Shown: piece after piece, positions 1 to 14,007 of the stretch
Layout of the letters: every line of letters starts with the position of its first letter
Numbering within the stretch: position 1 is the stretch's first letter
Position numbers and translations under genes: made by a program
From: the human T2T-CHM13v2.0 reference genome, Homo sapiens
DNA length: 64,000 nucleotides
Reading direction: 5' to 3' (one strand)
NCBI RefSeq assembly: GCF_009914755.1
Contig: NC_060942.1
Notes under the pieces: generated by a model
Databases searched by the model: none
What the model saw: the letters and a program-made list of their open reading frames with translations, nothing else
What the model was told of the DNA's origin: nothing

Positions 1-79
1 TCATCCACACAATTTTCTGAAATGTCAATCCTGTGCTCACTTCCTGGGAATGCAGGGTTGGAATGATTCCAGTTCCACA

Positions 80-188
80 ATGGGCAGAGATCATGTCTTG
101 ATCACTTACGGTGGAAATATTCCATGTCTAGCACAGTGCCTGGCACATGGAAATTGCTCAGTTAACACTTGTCTTATGGACTGATTGA
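80..188 (+). mobile_element. L2 LINE 3' end fragment
   Basis: tctagcacagtgcctggcacatgg...ctcagttaacacttg resembles the L2 3' terminus. Confidence 0.7.
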
Positions 189-436
189 AGATGTAGTCTC
201 TGAGTTCAAGGAGCTCACAATTTAGTGGGAAAAGGAAGATGGATAAAGAGTCACAATGACATTGTGGTAAGTGACTTGATAGAAATGTATACTTGGTAGC
301 TTGGGAGCCATCAAAGTAACATTTCCTTTCATTGAAGTAAGAGGATTACAGTTCCTTATTGGCAGGTAAGGATCTTGCTCCCCACAGGATATCCAAAGAA
401 ATATATTGCTTCCCACAAAGATGTATTGACTCTGGA

Positions 437-570
437 AACAGCATGGGTTAGTGGAAAGCAGTCTAGGTTGGGGGTAGGAAGACCTGTGTTCCAGACCTCT
501 CTTGCTGAGTGGCCTCAGGCATAATCTCTTTGTGCCACTGTTGTTTTCATACGTGAAATCAGGACGTTAA
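437..570 (+). mobile_element. MIR fragment
   Basis: cagcatgggttagtggaaagca...gaagacctgtgttcc resembles the MIR 5' region and core. Confidence 0.55.
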
Positions 571-619
571 CTCCTTCTCTGCCCACCTTCCAGCAAAGGC
601 ATTGCTTAACAGGCCCTAC

Positions 620-1066
620 TGGCTCCCTGTCCTCTACAGAATTAAATCCAAACTCTGGAAGGTGGAATTGAGGCTCTTGCTGGTGCGTCTCTTTCCTTTT
701 GCATCTGTCATTATGGTCACATCAGTCTCCTGGATTTCCTCAGACATTCTTTGTCTTTCTGTGTCCCTATACATCCTTGCGGGGCCCTACCTCTGCCTCA
801 AATGCTCTTTCAGAATTGGCTTGTCCAGAGACTTTCTAAACTTAAATGGCACTTTCTCCCCTGTGCAGAATGGTCACTACCTCACCCATGGCTGGACCCA
901 TGCCTCTTTAGGCATCCTTCTAACAGAGTATTAATTCCATTTTATTGTCTTGTTTATGTACCTTTCTTCTCCCCCTGGTTTCTCAAAGACTTTATATACC
1001 CCTGCCTATCCCCTGTTCCTGACACACAGCTGAGTGTTAAATAAGTGCTTGTATTGTAGTTGAATG
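620..1066 (+). mobile_element. L2 LINE 3' fragment, eroded
   Basis: tggctccctgtcctctacagaattaaatccaaactc and terminal cctgacacacagctgagtgttaaataagtgcttg are L2-like. Confidence 0.55.
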
Positions 1067-1114
1067 TATCAACATAGACTGATTCCTTAATATCTGTTAT
1101 TGCAGCGGGAAAGA

Positions 1115-1200
1115 AAGACTCATGGGTGGAAGCTACAAAGAAGCAGGTTTCAGTTGAGTATTCAAAAGAATTTCCTCAGAATCAGAGCTGTTTAGCAAGG
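1115..1200 (+). mobile_element. L3/CR1 LINE fragment
   Basis: atgggtggaagctacaaagaagcaggtttcagttgag...aagaatttcctcagaatcagagctgt resembles the L3 3' region. Confidence 0.5.
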
Positions 1201-2236
1201 ACCTGGGTCTCCTTGGTGTACCTGGGGACTTGTGTGCTGTCCGTAGCTAGGAACGCCTGCTGTCAAGAGCTGTACCCCACATCTGTGACAGCACAGCCCC
1301 TCTTGTGTGGTGCTGCTGGAGCAGGAAGGCAGAAGGGGCTGGGGTTCTCTGAAGCCATTATTTAAAGGATATTCCTCTCTACTGATTAAATTCTCACTTG
1401 TCTCTCCCTTTATTTCTTTGATTTCCTGCTAGTGTTCAATCAGCATTTGTTGACTGAGTGACTCTGTTTATTTGTACAACAGTGACTTTTGTTCTGCAGA
1501 ATGGAATAATCCAGTCTGGAACACGAATTCCATGTCTGATTTAGGGAGAATGTTTGCTGTCTTCATTTGTAGCTCTTTAGTTTGACCAAGCACTCCCATT
1601 TTGAGAAGAAAGTTATTGAAGGTCAGTGTGGTCTATCCCTAAGTCCTTCATCATCAGCAGTCCAGGCAGTATTTGGGAAGTTAGAAGTTTCTGAGAGTGA
1701 CCATGTCTTATCCCCTTCTTTATTTTTCATACCATCTAGTGGTGTCTTGCACATAAATATTCATCAGTTTAAATTTGCCTTCTAAAATTATTGATAGTTG
1801 ACATTTAACCACTGACTGGCAAATAAGATCCAATCAAAATGTCATGGAGTAAAGGGTGTTTAAATTCTTTAGCTGTTCATCCCAAAATTTCCTTTAGAAA
1901 TTAACCACCTGCCATAGGGAAGATGCGTAGATGATTAGGTTAGAAGTTAGATTGCAACTCTTTGCAGCTCGTTCTGCTAACCCTATTCACCAATTAGCCT
2001 CACTCTTCAACTGCCTCCGCTAAAGATACTGAACTGAAACTTGCTCCCTATGGCAGCTACATGGAGAAGCTATGGTTTTGACAGGTAGCATATGACAATG
2101 GCTATTCCACTATTGAAAACCTGGGCCTCTGACTTAGGTGCCCCCAATCTCACCTCCCCACTAGTACACATATACATGTAGTTGAAAGTCAACAATTACA
2201 GTTGTTTTCAATGGAGTATAGAAATAAGAGAGAATT

Positions 2237-2503
2237 GGCTGGGCACGGTGGCTCACACCTGTACTTTGGGAGGCCGAGGTGGGCGGATCACCAGAGGGTC
2301 AGGAGTTTGAGACCAGCCTGGCCAACATGGGGAAACCCCATCTCTACAAAAAATACATGTGGTGGTGTTAGCCTGTAATCCCAGCTACTCAGGAGGCTGA
2401 GGCAGGAGAATCACTTGAACTCAGGTGGTGGAGGTTGCAGTGAACCTAGATCATGCTGCTGCACTCCAGGCTAGGCGATAGAGTGAGACTTCTCCAAAAA
2501 AAA
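2237..2503 (+). mobile_element. Alu (AluS-type) with two short internal deletions
   Basis: Starts ggctgggcacggtggctcacacctgt, has both arms and an A tail; 14-bp TSD AATAAGAGAGAATT at 2223-2236 and 2506-2519; lacks aatcccagc in the left arm and part of the linker. Confidence 0.97.
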
Positions 2504-3589
2504 GGAATAAGAGAGAATTTATCTTTGCCTAGCTCTTCATGTCTTATTAATTAAAATAGACTACTGCTTACACAAAATATCCAGCAGAGTCAAAATCTTA
2601 GAGTGGATACTGGTTACTTGCAAGCTTTTAGCATTTAACAGAATAAAAAGAAATAGATATCCCTGGATTTGTTTTCTTACAGGTGATACTAGTGAAAAAG
2701 ATCCATGCTTTCATCCATCTGAAGGAAAATACCAAATGAAACAAAAACCAATGATAGCTTCTCCCTCTCTGCTCTAACAATAAGCAGTTATATTTTCAGA
2801 AAGCAAATAAATGATTCAGCAGGAAATAGGTGGCATTTATTTCTTATGCCTAGCTCTATCATTTGGTGCTGAAAACACTTGCTCTGTGATGAGGACTCAC
2901 TTCTATTCAGGCTTACGAGCTGCTGACTTAGGGACTCCCACATACCGGGAGAAAAATATTCTAGAACAGGACTTATGCTCAGGTCAAGGAAGTTCAAACC
3001 TCGATGCAGAGCAGACCCCTTGTTTATGAGACCTGGGGCTTTTGTGCAATAAAGAAATAGAAATAATCTTTATTAGCTAAAGTGGCAAAGCAGTAGAAAG
3101 GGGGATGATATATATAGGAGAGCCAAAGATCTGTGAGATCAGTCCCCTTGATTCACAAATAAGAAATGATTTTACTCCTTTCATTCCCACCCTCATTGTT
3201 CTGCTTAGTTGTGGTAAGTTCTTGAGGTGAGCAGTGAGGTTAAAACCATTTGGTTATGGGATTAGTTGAATTTAAGAGAAAACAATAGTTGGTGAATCCT
3301 TCATGTATGAGCACTTTGGCTTCATACCAACCATGGCAGTAATCCCAGGTGGCTGTGAGGATGACTGTTCAGTGTCTTGACAGGAGACATTACTCATTCT
3401 CACCCTAACCTCCATTCAAACTTCTTTTCACTCCTGCCCAAATCTTAAGACCAGTTACCTTGACTTGAGAAGTGGCTGCCTGTGTGTGTGTGCATGCATA
3501 TGCATCTGTGTTATGTGTCTGTGTTTGGTGGGGGTAGGGCAGGGGCATAAATCTTAAGGCTGCAGCTCTCTTCTGCTGCTTCTCTGCAA

Positions 3590-3920
3590 AGTTCAACCAT
3601 CCTTCAGAGCTCATCTCAAGCTACCCTTCCTTGAGCCCACCCAACAGTGCACCCTGCCTCTGAGAGTTCGGTGGTGCCCATCTAGTCTCTAGCACTCTAC
3701 CCTGATACCTGCTTATTTACTGCACATAACATGGGATCTATATAGGGTTTTGTATGATTCACTTGGGTTATTGAATGTGGCATATGTGTATATCTCACTC
3801 GATTCTATTCTCTCTGTGGTAAGGGTCCACATTAAAATTTATTCATAATTTTAACAATATCACCTCACTAACCCAGTTCTTGCATAAAGTAAATGCTCCA
3901 AAGGTATTTGCTGATGGATT
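3590..3920 (+). mobile_element. L2 LINE 3' fragment, eroded
   Basis: catccttcagagctcatctcaagctacc...gtaaatgctccaaaggtatttgctgatgga is L2-like. Confidence 0.45.
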
Positions 3921-4102
3921 TCCTGATTGCGCCTCTATATTTCTGACGGTGTAACATAACACTGCCAGAGGTGTGTATCTTTCATTTTAAAAGACCCATT
4001 AATATTCAACATTAGCAGAATAATTTTCTAAATGACAAGTTACAACCTTTTGGCTGTCTCCTCTTTTTCTTTTCCCCAGGGAATTGCCCTTTTAATGCAA
4101 TT

Positions 4103-4270
4103 GAAAAAAAGAAGGGGATGGGAAGAGAAGGAAAATGGAGGGCAGAAGAAAGAGAGCAATAGGAAGGGAAGGAAGTGGTGATTGCCTAGGGAAGCAGATG
4201 AAGAAAGGGAGTGGGTCATCGTAGCAAGTAGGTAAGGGAGGGAAATCCTGAAGCAGGAAGATAAAGGAGC
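4103..4270 (+). repeat. GA-rich low-complexity tract
   Basis: Strong purine bias (gaaggggatgggaagagaaggaaaatggagggcagaagaaagagag...). Confidence 0.7.
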
Positions 4271-5187
4271 AAAGTCTTGGTCTTGCTGCAGCCATGGCGA
4301 CTGCTCCTCTCCTGCTCTTACTTGGAGTAGCTGCTTCCCACCTCTGCTCCCGGTAGAGTGGAGTGCAGATTCTCCTGCACATTATTCACCTAAACAGATA
4401 GAGTTACTTTTTTCACTTCTGCTTAGGAACTTGCTGTATCTTATTCTGCTCTATCCCCACCTGGGGGCATTAAGGTTAATGTTTCAAGTTATGGTGCTAG
4501 ACTTGGAGTTAGACTGGGATAGATCTTAGAGTTATGTCTTGCCTGTTTCCAAGGGAATTTCAGAGGTTTACAAGTGTAATAAAAATTCAGCAATTAGGGG
4601 GAAAGCAAAGCAGAGATTATCTAAAAGGACTGGGAGCTACCTGGCTCCTTCAAGGCTCTGATCTTTTACATGGAGGACTGATGTGGGCTGTGTTTGCTGG
4701 AAGCCAGAAAGAGAAGGGATCCATCTTATATGACAGTTTTTGTTTAACCGAGAGCACAGGTTTATCTATCAGAATATTTTTTCATCCAGTGAAAAAGGCA
4801 CACAATTTTTCTAAAAGTATCTTTAAAAAAGAATTGTCTCTTATATAGTAGATAATATTTTTTAAGAGCAGTTTTAAAAAAGACAAAGGCTTTCAAACTG
4901 CCCCTCTTGAAATGTAAAGGATATAATGTTAAATTGGATATCCAAGAAAACATTTATAAAGTAAAATTAGATAATGTGGTTTATCAACATTGGGACAATC
5001 TTCACCTGACCTTTGTATTCCAAGATAGTTTTGATGAGAAAGGAGAAAAGTAGTTTTATGGATGATGCAGATTTCTTGATGCAGAATTAATGGATAGTAC
5101 AAATAAAAATACTAGAATAATAATAATGTCCTTGTCTTTGCCGGGAGCTCTTCATTCAGTCTTTCTTTTATTTCTCAAAGTTTACTG

Positions 5188-5424
5188 TAGCAGCAGAGTA
5201 GTGCGGAATAAGTATGGTCCTTGGTATTACAAGACCTGAGTTCAGTTCCCAACACTGTCACCTACTAACTGTGTGATACAGGATAAGGGAACTAATCTCT
5301 CTACACCTCGATTTTCTCATCTGCTAATAAAGAGTGACTAGTACCTTGATGTTTCAAGAGTTAAATGCATAAGCAAACGACTTGCATAATACCTGGAATT
5401 TAGTAGGTTCTCAATAAATATTAG
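5188..5424 (+). mobile_element. MIR, near full length
   Basis: agacctgagttcagttcccaacactgtcacctactaactgtgtga...ttttctcatctg...tagtaggttctcaataaatattag. Confidence 0.85.
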
Positions 5425-7419
5425 ATGAATCTTTTTGTAACTAAATGTGATTGAAAATGTCATGTCGTCTCTCAAGGAAGGTCAACAGAGGCCAATAGAG
5501 TTCAAAGGAAAGTTCTAGTGTAATGATTTTCATTGGTTCAAAATATACTTGGTCCTTTGGAGGTTCACTGTGGTTGCCTTTCTCATTCATTGGGGCAAAG
5601 AAATGGGTGGCAAAGAGGTATGGAAAGACCCTCTTGCCCTTTCACCCCTTTTTCGCCTCTCCTGCCTCTCTCCACCTCCGTCAGTCCCTGGCCCTCGCAC
5701 AAAAGCTCATTGCATTCAGCTCTTTGGTGGCTTTGTACCTGTTGGGTCTGCCCCCATCTAGGGCCCCTTTTTGGCCTTTCTTTTTTTCTCTCTCAAAAGA
5801 CCCCAAGGGGGTTCCAGGGCCCAGTGGCTGGGCTCCCAGGTTGCCTCACAGAGAAGGTGTTGTTCAGCAGAAAGGCATGTGGAGTCCCAGGGTGAGAGAG
5901 TTGGGGGCATTATCAATCATGAGCTGCTAAAAGCCAGGAGAGAGACGGGAGAGCTAGCAAGAGCAGGGAGGACTGAATTGAAGTGGAGGATTTTTTTTTT
6001 CCTGTTCCTGTTGTTGTCGTTGTTGAAGGGAGCGTTCTTGGACATCTGCCCAGACACATGCTGAGTTAAAGAAGCAGCAGGATAAATTCTTAAAGAATGA
6101 ATTGGGAGAGGGGAAGGAGCTGCGGGTGGGGAGGAGTAGTGAAAAGGAACCAAGGAATGATTCCAACCCCCAAACAAAGGAGGCCCCTGCAGACCAGACC
6201 AGCCTCAGCCTGGCCCTTCTGTGGTTCAAACATTGGTTTGTTTAGCACATAATCCAGGAACACCAAGGATCCTTAATAGCTGCTTTGGGCCCACAAAAGG
6301 GCCACAGAGGGAAACTACAGTTTCTTGAGCTTTCTTCTTTATATCCAATGCAGGCTAAGAATGCCATGGGAGAGCTTCTCTCCCTCACTTGATTGGCCCC
6401 AGAAATGCTTACTGAAGTACCTCAGTTCATGATGCAATCAGTGTGGTAGCATAAGCATAGGGCTCACTAGTGGTGATGACATGTTCTATTTGATGACAAA
6501 TGTCTTTTTCTTTTTAAAGAAAAGAAACTTGTAAAAAAATGCTCTCCTAGATTCTATGGTAGGAAATCAGGGAGCTTCTAATTAAGGAACTTCCCAATAT
6601 AGTTTCCGAAAGAAAAATAAGCAAAACAAAAACAAAAGCTTGTGACGATGGTGGGACAGTTGGATTCTAACTGCATCCCCTTCCTCACTAGACTAGAATT
6701 GCCCATAGACGTGTCATTAGAGACACGCTTGTGTTATTCAGTTCATTCTCTTTGCTCTAAATTTCTTAATAGAAATTATATTGATTGTTGTTCTTAGACT
6801 TTGGAATAGGTCGGTTCTGAATATTGAGCTGACATGTCAGACAGCCCCCATGATAGCTCATTCACTCATTTCTTCATCGCAACATATACATCTTCACTAT
6901 CAAATGTATATCATTGACGGTCTTTTGTGGTTTGCCCCTATGCTAGGGTTTGGGAAGATGCAGGTATATTGGGCCTTAGCCTTATCAATCAAACCATGGA
7001 GGACTGGCATTTTCAGCTAGAGTTAACAAACCTTATTCTTCTTGGGTGAGGAAGTTCATACCAAAAGAGAAACTGCATACTTTATAGAAACATTAGGCGA
7101 TCAAAGCATTATAGTCAAAATATAGTCTCTGAAAATGGCACAGGTTTAGTATTGTACACTCTGCACGTGCCACATTTGTTGACCCTGTTAAGCCTTCAAC
7201 CAGCTCCGCCATGGGTACCCACACTTTCCCTGTAGTTCCCTAGGTGGGAAATGAAGAAAAGTAAGAAAAGCAAAATATGGCCAACCAGTGCCTATTCAAG
7301 CCTAGTCATGCTCAGAACCTTTTATTGATGATCTGAAATTAAGAAAGGTGGTAACACTGCTGTCCAAAGCAAGAGAGATTAAGAGACTAGCTTTTCAAAA
7401 CACAAACTTGACTTTATTA

Positions 7420-7540
7420 TACATTCACATAAATGTATTCACTTCTCAAAGTGTTCTTCTCGTGACACTATGCACTTAATATTGCCATTGTTCAAACTAT
7501 GATTGAAATGTCCCTTTGTTGTCTTCAAGTCACTGGTTTA
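7420..7540. mobile_element. Possible MARNA-like ancient mariner fragment
   Basis: ttctcaaagtg...acactatgcactta...tgccattgttcaaac...gtcttcaagtc loosely resembles the MARNA consensus from memory. Confidence 0.3.
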
Positions 7541-8025
7541 AAAAAAAAAGATCAGCACAGTGGTCTCTAATTTATGTAGCTGATTGTTCTTGACAGGGCC
7601 CCAGGGATCTCCAGTTAGGAAGTTCCGTTATGTTGAAATGCGGTGAAACAGGTTATCCATGGCCTTGTCACATGGCAATGAAAACAAAGGGACTCAGGAT
7701 CTGTGAGCTGCCACATGTGCTGTCTTGACAGCTCTGGCAATGGTTCTTGAACCATCAGTCATTATTCAATGTAGTAGATGAAAATTCAGATACTACTGAA
7801 CTTGATGTCTCTTTGAATATGGTGATTTCAGGGGCAGCTGAGGGAATGAGATATTTTTTATCTATTCCAATCTGTTTTAAATTATTTTGAAAATTATTTC
7901 TTGAACATTGACTGTTTTTCCTATCCTGTATAATATGAAGGGTCGTACAGAAAGGGGGTGGATGATGGAAGGAGAGACAAAAAGAGAAGAAGCTTCTGCT
8001 GACTTGTGCTTTGTATCTACAGGGC

Positions 8026-8395
8026 TGCTGTGGAGGAAATTGTGTTCCCTTCCACCCAAATGTAGACAATGAAGCCCTAACTCCCAATGTGACTGTATTC
8101 AGAGTGAAAAAGTAATTGCGGTTAAGTAAGGTTATAAGGGTGGAACCCTGAGCTGATAGGATTAGTGCATTTATTAGAAGAGACACTACAGAACTCATTT
8201 GCTTTCTCTCCACCATGTGAGGACACAGGGAGAAGGCAGCTGTCTGCAAGCTAGGAAAAGAGCTCTCAGCAGACACTACACCCTGCTATAATCTTGATCT
8301 TGGACTTTCCAGCCTTTAAAACTAGGAGAAAATAAATTTCTGTTGTTTTAGCCACCCAGTCTGTGGTATTTTGTTAAGTAGCTCATGCTAAGACA
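8026..8395 (+). mobile_element. MaLR solo LTR, MLT1A-like
   Basis: TG...CA ends; aattgtgttccc, gaagccctaactcccaatgtgactgtatt, ccatgtgaggacacagggagaaggcagctgtctgcaag, aataaatttctgttgttttagccacccagtctgtggtattttgtta. Confidence 0.92.
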
Positions 8396-10907
8396 AGACA
8401 TTTTTCTGGTTACATCTACCAGATAAATGGAAAAGAGTGAAAAACAGTGAAAGTTTCCTTCCCAATTCCCTAAGGTCAATCTCCATTTAATGGTGGGAGT
8501 GACTTAGAGTGAAGAGAAATGGTTCCCACTACAAGCCCTGTTTGGGTCCATGTGGGTTTTCTGAATCCGCAGATTAGACGTTAAAGTGTTATTATAAACT
8601 TGGTTGTTGGTGTACCTTCTTGTTTCTCAAGATTGCAAGCTCAGAACATCGTATACATGTTACTGATCTGCCCTATTGCATTGACGCCTGTGAATAATTT
8701 TTTTTGGTCAAGTATAATTCTATTGAAAAGACGAAATTTTGCTGATAAAGTGTATCTAAACTGAGTTTATTTAGACTTGTAAGTCAGCTGAACAACGGAA
8801 AATACTTAAATGTTTTTTGAAAAAATAAACTGCTTAAGATGAATAAAAATTAGTAAAATGAAATCCTGAGTCTAGTTATATCCTGGTTTCCATCAAGAAG
8901 AAGGCCGACCATGATCAGTTCTGTTTCGGCAACATGACATTTTTAATCTCAACTCATCATTAGGCACCTACTGTGTGTCTGCTATTTTGCTCATAAAAAA
9001 TGTGGGAAAGGAACCTTATAGTAGAAATTAGTGGTCTGGTGCAAATAAGATTTCTAAAAATCAAATCAGGATGAAATTCTATAACGGAGGGGCAAAGCGG
9101 TCAGTTGATTGAGTCCTTGTCTTTAATCTCTTTGATGTGGCACAGTCCCACTTATAAAATTTGGCCATGCTCAAGGCCAGATTGTTGTCAAAGTATATTT
9201 TGCATGTCTCAGATCCTTCTACGTATCCACATTATTTACCATTGCCTAACCCTTCTTGTCAGGGGGAAAATGAGACTTGATGGGTTCTAAATAACTTAAT
9301 GTGAATCAGTATAAAATAGTATTCTTGAGGTCTTTTTCTCATGAAGGAGAGAACACACTATGATATAATGTCATACTTTCCAAATGGTTTACACAGAGGC
9401 ACTCATTCCTCTGCATGTTAGTAAAAATTATATTGTAAAAAATTTAAGTAGGTAAATAAGTTTGGGGAAAAAAACTAAATAATTGGGTTCTTGATGGTAG
9501 AACTTATTGGAATCTTTAATAGTGTACTAATCTTCATTGAGAATCCACAAAAGGGAGAAGAGGGGAGGTGATGTAATCCACACAGCATTTTCCAAACTAA
9601 TTTGACCATGGGACGTTTATTTTGACCCAAAGTCAGAAAGGACCAGCATTTTACTGAACACAGTCTCTTTGGGAAGTGCTGCTGCAGTTTAAAAACTAAA
9701 TTCTTGTGCAAAACAGTGACCTTATGTAAGGTGGTATTTTACTCAACCATACAATTTGAGGACTGGCCTAGAAGATCTCAAAGGCTCTTTCCAGAATGTA
9801 ATTTTACACATCTTTTATTATAAAATCTTGGCAGCATCTCTAAAGGGAGAATTTCAGGCTAAGGGAAGATGTGTAGGGGAGATGTTTGGAAGTCCTCTAA
9901 TTGCACTGAGGAGTTTCCTGTCTCTTTTTTGCCTATACGAAGGGTGTTTCTGCTTATTTGATTGTGCAGTGCAAACTTTTGGGATTTGATCAGATGGAAG
10001 CTGGGTGGGACAGCTCTCAGAGAGCAGAGTTACTAGGGATACTGTTCTGCTTCCTTGGCCAGAATACAATTTTATTCTCATCCTCTGTAAACAGTGAATA
10101 CAGGAAAACCACACACAAGTTTTAAACATTCTGTTGCACGAAGACTGAAGGTTACTGTATACTATTTGGGGGAGGGGAGGGGTAGAAACCCTATACATTG
10201 AGAATTTGAATTGATTCCAAAAGTCTGGATTCACAAAACAGTACATTGTGTTTTCTCCAGTTTGAAGTGTTTCCTTGGTTTCATGACTGCCTTATAGAGG
10301 GAGTGGATCATTCCACAAAGCATTGGGAGGATGGGGAATATGTATCATTTGGAGAAACTTAAATTCAATTTTCTGCTCAGTGACTTCCCAGAGTGCTGAA
10401 GGCCTTGTATAGAGCTGTCTTTTCTTTTCTGTTTTTATTCGCAATCCTCTTTTTTAAAAAAGGACAAATAAGCACAGTTGTAAACTTTGTAAATCCAGTA
10501 GAGGCCTGTTTGTGAACATTGCCTATGATGAACCGTTCTTATGTTGGCCTCAACTGATGTGGAGTAGTGTAGCATAGACAGTGAGCTCAGTTTGACTTGT
10601 TTTCATGGATTATTTTAGACATAATACTTTCCCTAGAGATTCCCAGAGATTTTTCTACCACTATCCTGTATAAAACCAGACATGTGATTAAGGGATATCT
10701 AAGGTTAGCAAGTTTCAGAATTTCCCCTCCAAAGGTCCATCTCTTCCATGAGGTTTATTCCTAACTCTTGAAAACATTGCTGACCTTTTCTTCCTTTGGG
10801 TTAGATACCATTATGACTTTCAATGATCTTGCCAAAGTTTGACATTTAATTACATTAGACTCAGATATTCATGATTTTCAAACATAAGACTAACAATGAA
10901 AATACTA

Positions 10908-11112
10908 TGTTCTGACTCCATCTCTTACTAGCTGTGTGAACTTGGACAAATAGTTAAGAGCCAAATGACTCAGAATCCTCATTTATAATTAAAAAATAAT
11001 TGTACTTATCGCCTCAGGTTATGAAGAGGAGTGAGTAAGGTAATATAAGGTGAACACTCTTCATGTCTGGTGCCATATACATGTTCTATAAATGAAGGCT
11101 ATTGTTACTATT
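10908..11112 (+). mobile_element. MIR
   Basis: cttactagctgtgtgaacttggacaaatagttaa...ctcatttataa is the MIR core. Confidence 0.8.
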
Positions 11113-11624
11113 GGTTCTGGGTAACACAAGGCATGTAGACTTCCTGAATTAAAATAAATATTATTTAGGTGATTGTGACACTGATTGTAACAGATTTTAA
11201 ATCCGCCCATGACCTGCCCTCCCATTCACTTGCTGTGCATTCTGCCTTAGGGTGTCCTTGACCTTCTGTGGGACTGAGTTGTGTTTATCCTGCTGTGTTT
11301 TCACTCTTGCTGTCAAGGATCATGGCTTATAATTTTTGCATTCTCCTGATAGGCTGATAAGCACAAAATTGGTATTCAATAAAGATTTATTGATTATTAA
11401 ATAGGTTGATTTTTAAAATGCTAAGAATGAGAAGCAACATGCCTCCTTTGGCTCTGGAGAACAGGTGGTCTTTGGATACAGTGGACAGGAATGAGCCCTT
11501 TTTTATGATTTTTGACTGTCAGGCCCATCAGGTGACGCTAGACATCATTTATAAATTTGAAAACAGAGTTGAAAAAGGTGTAGGCTTCCAGCACAGGTCA
11601 GATTCAAGCCACTGACCAGTTATA

Positions 11625-11818
11625 CCCTGGTCAAACATCAGTGAACATAACCATTATTCAGGGAGATTTTGTAGCATGCAGCATCCCAGGCCAGGCCCGG
11701 GGCTACCCCTAGAGGTTCTGACTCTGAAGACCTGGCAGAGCCTGGGAATCTGCATGTTCACTATGTGCTCAGGAAATGCTGATGCCCCTGGCTCTCTGAC
11801 CACTGTCTCAGAAACACA
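11625..11818. mobile_element. MER5A-like hAT-Charlie element
   Basis: agaggttctgactc...gcctgggaatctgcatgtt...aatgctgatgcc...gaccac...agaaacac. Confidence 0.7.
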
Positions 11819-12499
11819 TCATCAGAGAAACATGGCAGTCAGGGCGAGCCCCTCTAGCTCTTTGTTTGGTATGGCTGAATTTCCTCCAAATCCCAGGATG
11901 CAAACTAGTCATGGCAGAACTAGATATCCATAGTTATTCTTTTCACTTAGCATCAGGATATTTGCTAGGTAATGCTGACATCCCCAAACTCGGTGCCCTT
12001 TGGGTCCCCCTCCCCAGCCTTCCTCATCTCTTCCTGCCCCTCTGAGGCAGGGCTGATGGGCCCACCAGGTTCTCATTACAGGGGCCTGGCTGGGCAGCAC
12101 TGTTCTTAGCTTCCCATTCCTTGGGCCCTGCTGGTCCCTGAATGAGAAACAGCTGTCTACCCACACACTACTCGATCTAGGCTAGTTACACAAAATGCAT
12201 GCTGTTCTGCAAGTCGGGTCTCAGCTCTCCCAGTCTTCTGGCCCCTGAAGCATTTCATAGTTGATTTTTAATCACATTGGACAAATGTCTGCAGCAGGCC
12301 AGGGCTGCACCTTAGAGCATAGTCTCACCCTAGACCCATCACCTCTGGGTCCAAGGCCAGCCACTGTGCCACTGTGTCTTACTGGGGACAGTGGAGGTGG
12401 ATGGAAAGTGTCTGCTCTGATTAGGGGCCTAAGATACTGGACGGTAAGTCTAAGAGCCCACAGGCTGGGCATGACGTAAGCCAAGTGCCTAGGCTAGCA

Positions 12500-12630
12500 C
12501 TTATGTATCACCATCACCTTGGAGTTTTGATAGAAGTACAAAATCTCAGGCCTCACCTGGGATCTTCTGATTTATGCTGGAGGTGGGGCTCAGCCCTCCA
12601 GGTATTTCTGACACATGTTCAAGTTTACTT
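12500..12630. mobile_element. MER5-like fragment
   Basis: atcaccttggagttttgatagaagtacaaaatctcaggcctcacc...ccctccaggtatttctga. Confidence 0.55.
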
Positions 12631-14007
12631 TTAGAATGTTGGAAGCAGCAGTTGTGTTTAAGGTGGAAAGATCTTTCTGGAGAAAGGGAGGCTTCTGAGA
12701 GCCTAGCAGAGCTTGGTTTTCCTCCAGTGTTCCGAGAAGTAGGAGTGTGATGATTTGCTGTGACCAGAGGGTTGGAAGAATGAGGAGAGTCCCTGGGAGT
12801 GGGAGGTTGTTGGAGTCTGGAAGACTGGGAAGTACAGGCATGGGTACCAAAGCCCATGTCTGTCCTTTGGCCTTCCTGCATTACATGGGCCTGGGAACTG
12901 GACCAGAAGTGGCAGACAAAATAGGGATGAGTATTAATTACGGCCCAGGAAACAATGGTCAAGACAGAGAGCAATGCCTTCGAGGAGAGAGCTAGAAGTG
13001 TGCCCAGTGGTTCCTGCCCACAAGGCAGACATGCAAAGGTGGGTCAGCTTCCTTAAATCCAGAGAATACGGTCTGCAAATGCTGCATTTCCTGGCTCAGA
13101 AATGGCCACTTTTTACTCCAAGCTCCCCTGGCTCATAGCAATTCATGCAGTAGTTATTTTAAGTGGAAAGGGGAAAAGATAAAGGATCTTTTAAATTACA
13201 AGATTTGCCTTTGATTCTGCTTCTTGGACAATGTATGTTCTTTTGTTAAACAAATACCTGGTTTTGGGTATAAAAGGTGAGGCCTGCAAGGCATGGCATG
13301 AAAGAAAATAAATTGTTCTGCATAAGAAATGATTGAAAATTTTAACGTAGGTGTGGGCAGAGTAGAAAACTGAAAAGAAGGTTTGTGGAAGGGGGAAGAT
13401 CTTATTTCCATCAGAATAGAGAATCAAAAATAAGAACATAGGACTGGACTTCAGGAATTTGTAGAAACTCAGGGAAGGCATTAAACTCCTCATTTAGCAT
13501 GAGATAATGGGTGTGGATCCGTTGTATATAGATCTCCAAGGATGGTTCAGCTATGCTATGGGTTACCTTCAGTTTCACCTTGCACACAGAAGCTCCCAAG
13601 AGGGCTGGGGCCTCATTTACTGGCTTCATTCCTCAGCAAGAACATGGTGCTAAGCCTTGCATAGAGAGAGTACTAATGAGATACCTCTTTATGGGAATGA
13701 CAATACAGTGAATAAGTCAAGACATGGCACCTGGGAATGTATGGTTAATTGCTAAGTACGTATGAACTAGACTGACAGTATAGATTATAAAACGGTAATG
13801 GCCAATTCAGAGCTGTGAGTCGAAAGGAGGGCTTCCTGAGTGTTTGTCAAGCAGGAAGAGTATATGTGGATGGGTAGAAGGTGGCTAATCCCAGAGATGA
13901 TTTGTGGCCCCCGGAAGCTATAGAAGAGGCACAGAGCAGGAGAAGAAGGGGTTAATCAATTGTTCTCCAAATGTCCTCCATCAGCAGGGACCAGTAAATG
14001 TAATGAT

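Noticed and set aside
5523-6229. Cluster of overlapping ORFs on both strands
   Set aside because: Low-complexity composition, no recognisable protein similarity and no convincing splice structure.
7755-8276. Longest ORF in the track (173 aa)
   Set aside because: About half is antisense MLT1A LTR sequence; no recognisable domain.
8540-8860. 3' UTR-like AT-rich stretch with two AATAAA (8824, 8842)
   Set aside because: No upstream coding remnant, A tail, TSD or U/GU-rich downstream element; AATAAA is common in AT-rich DNA.
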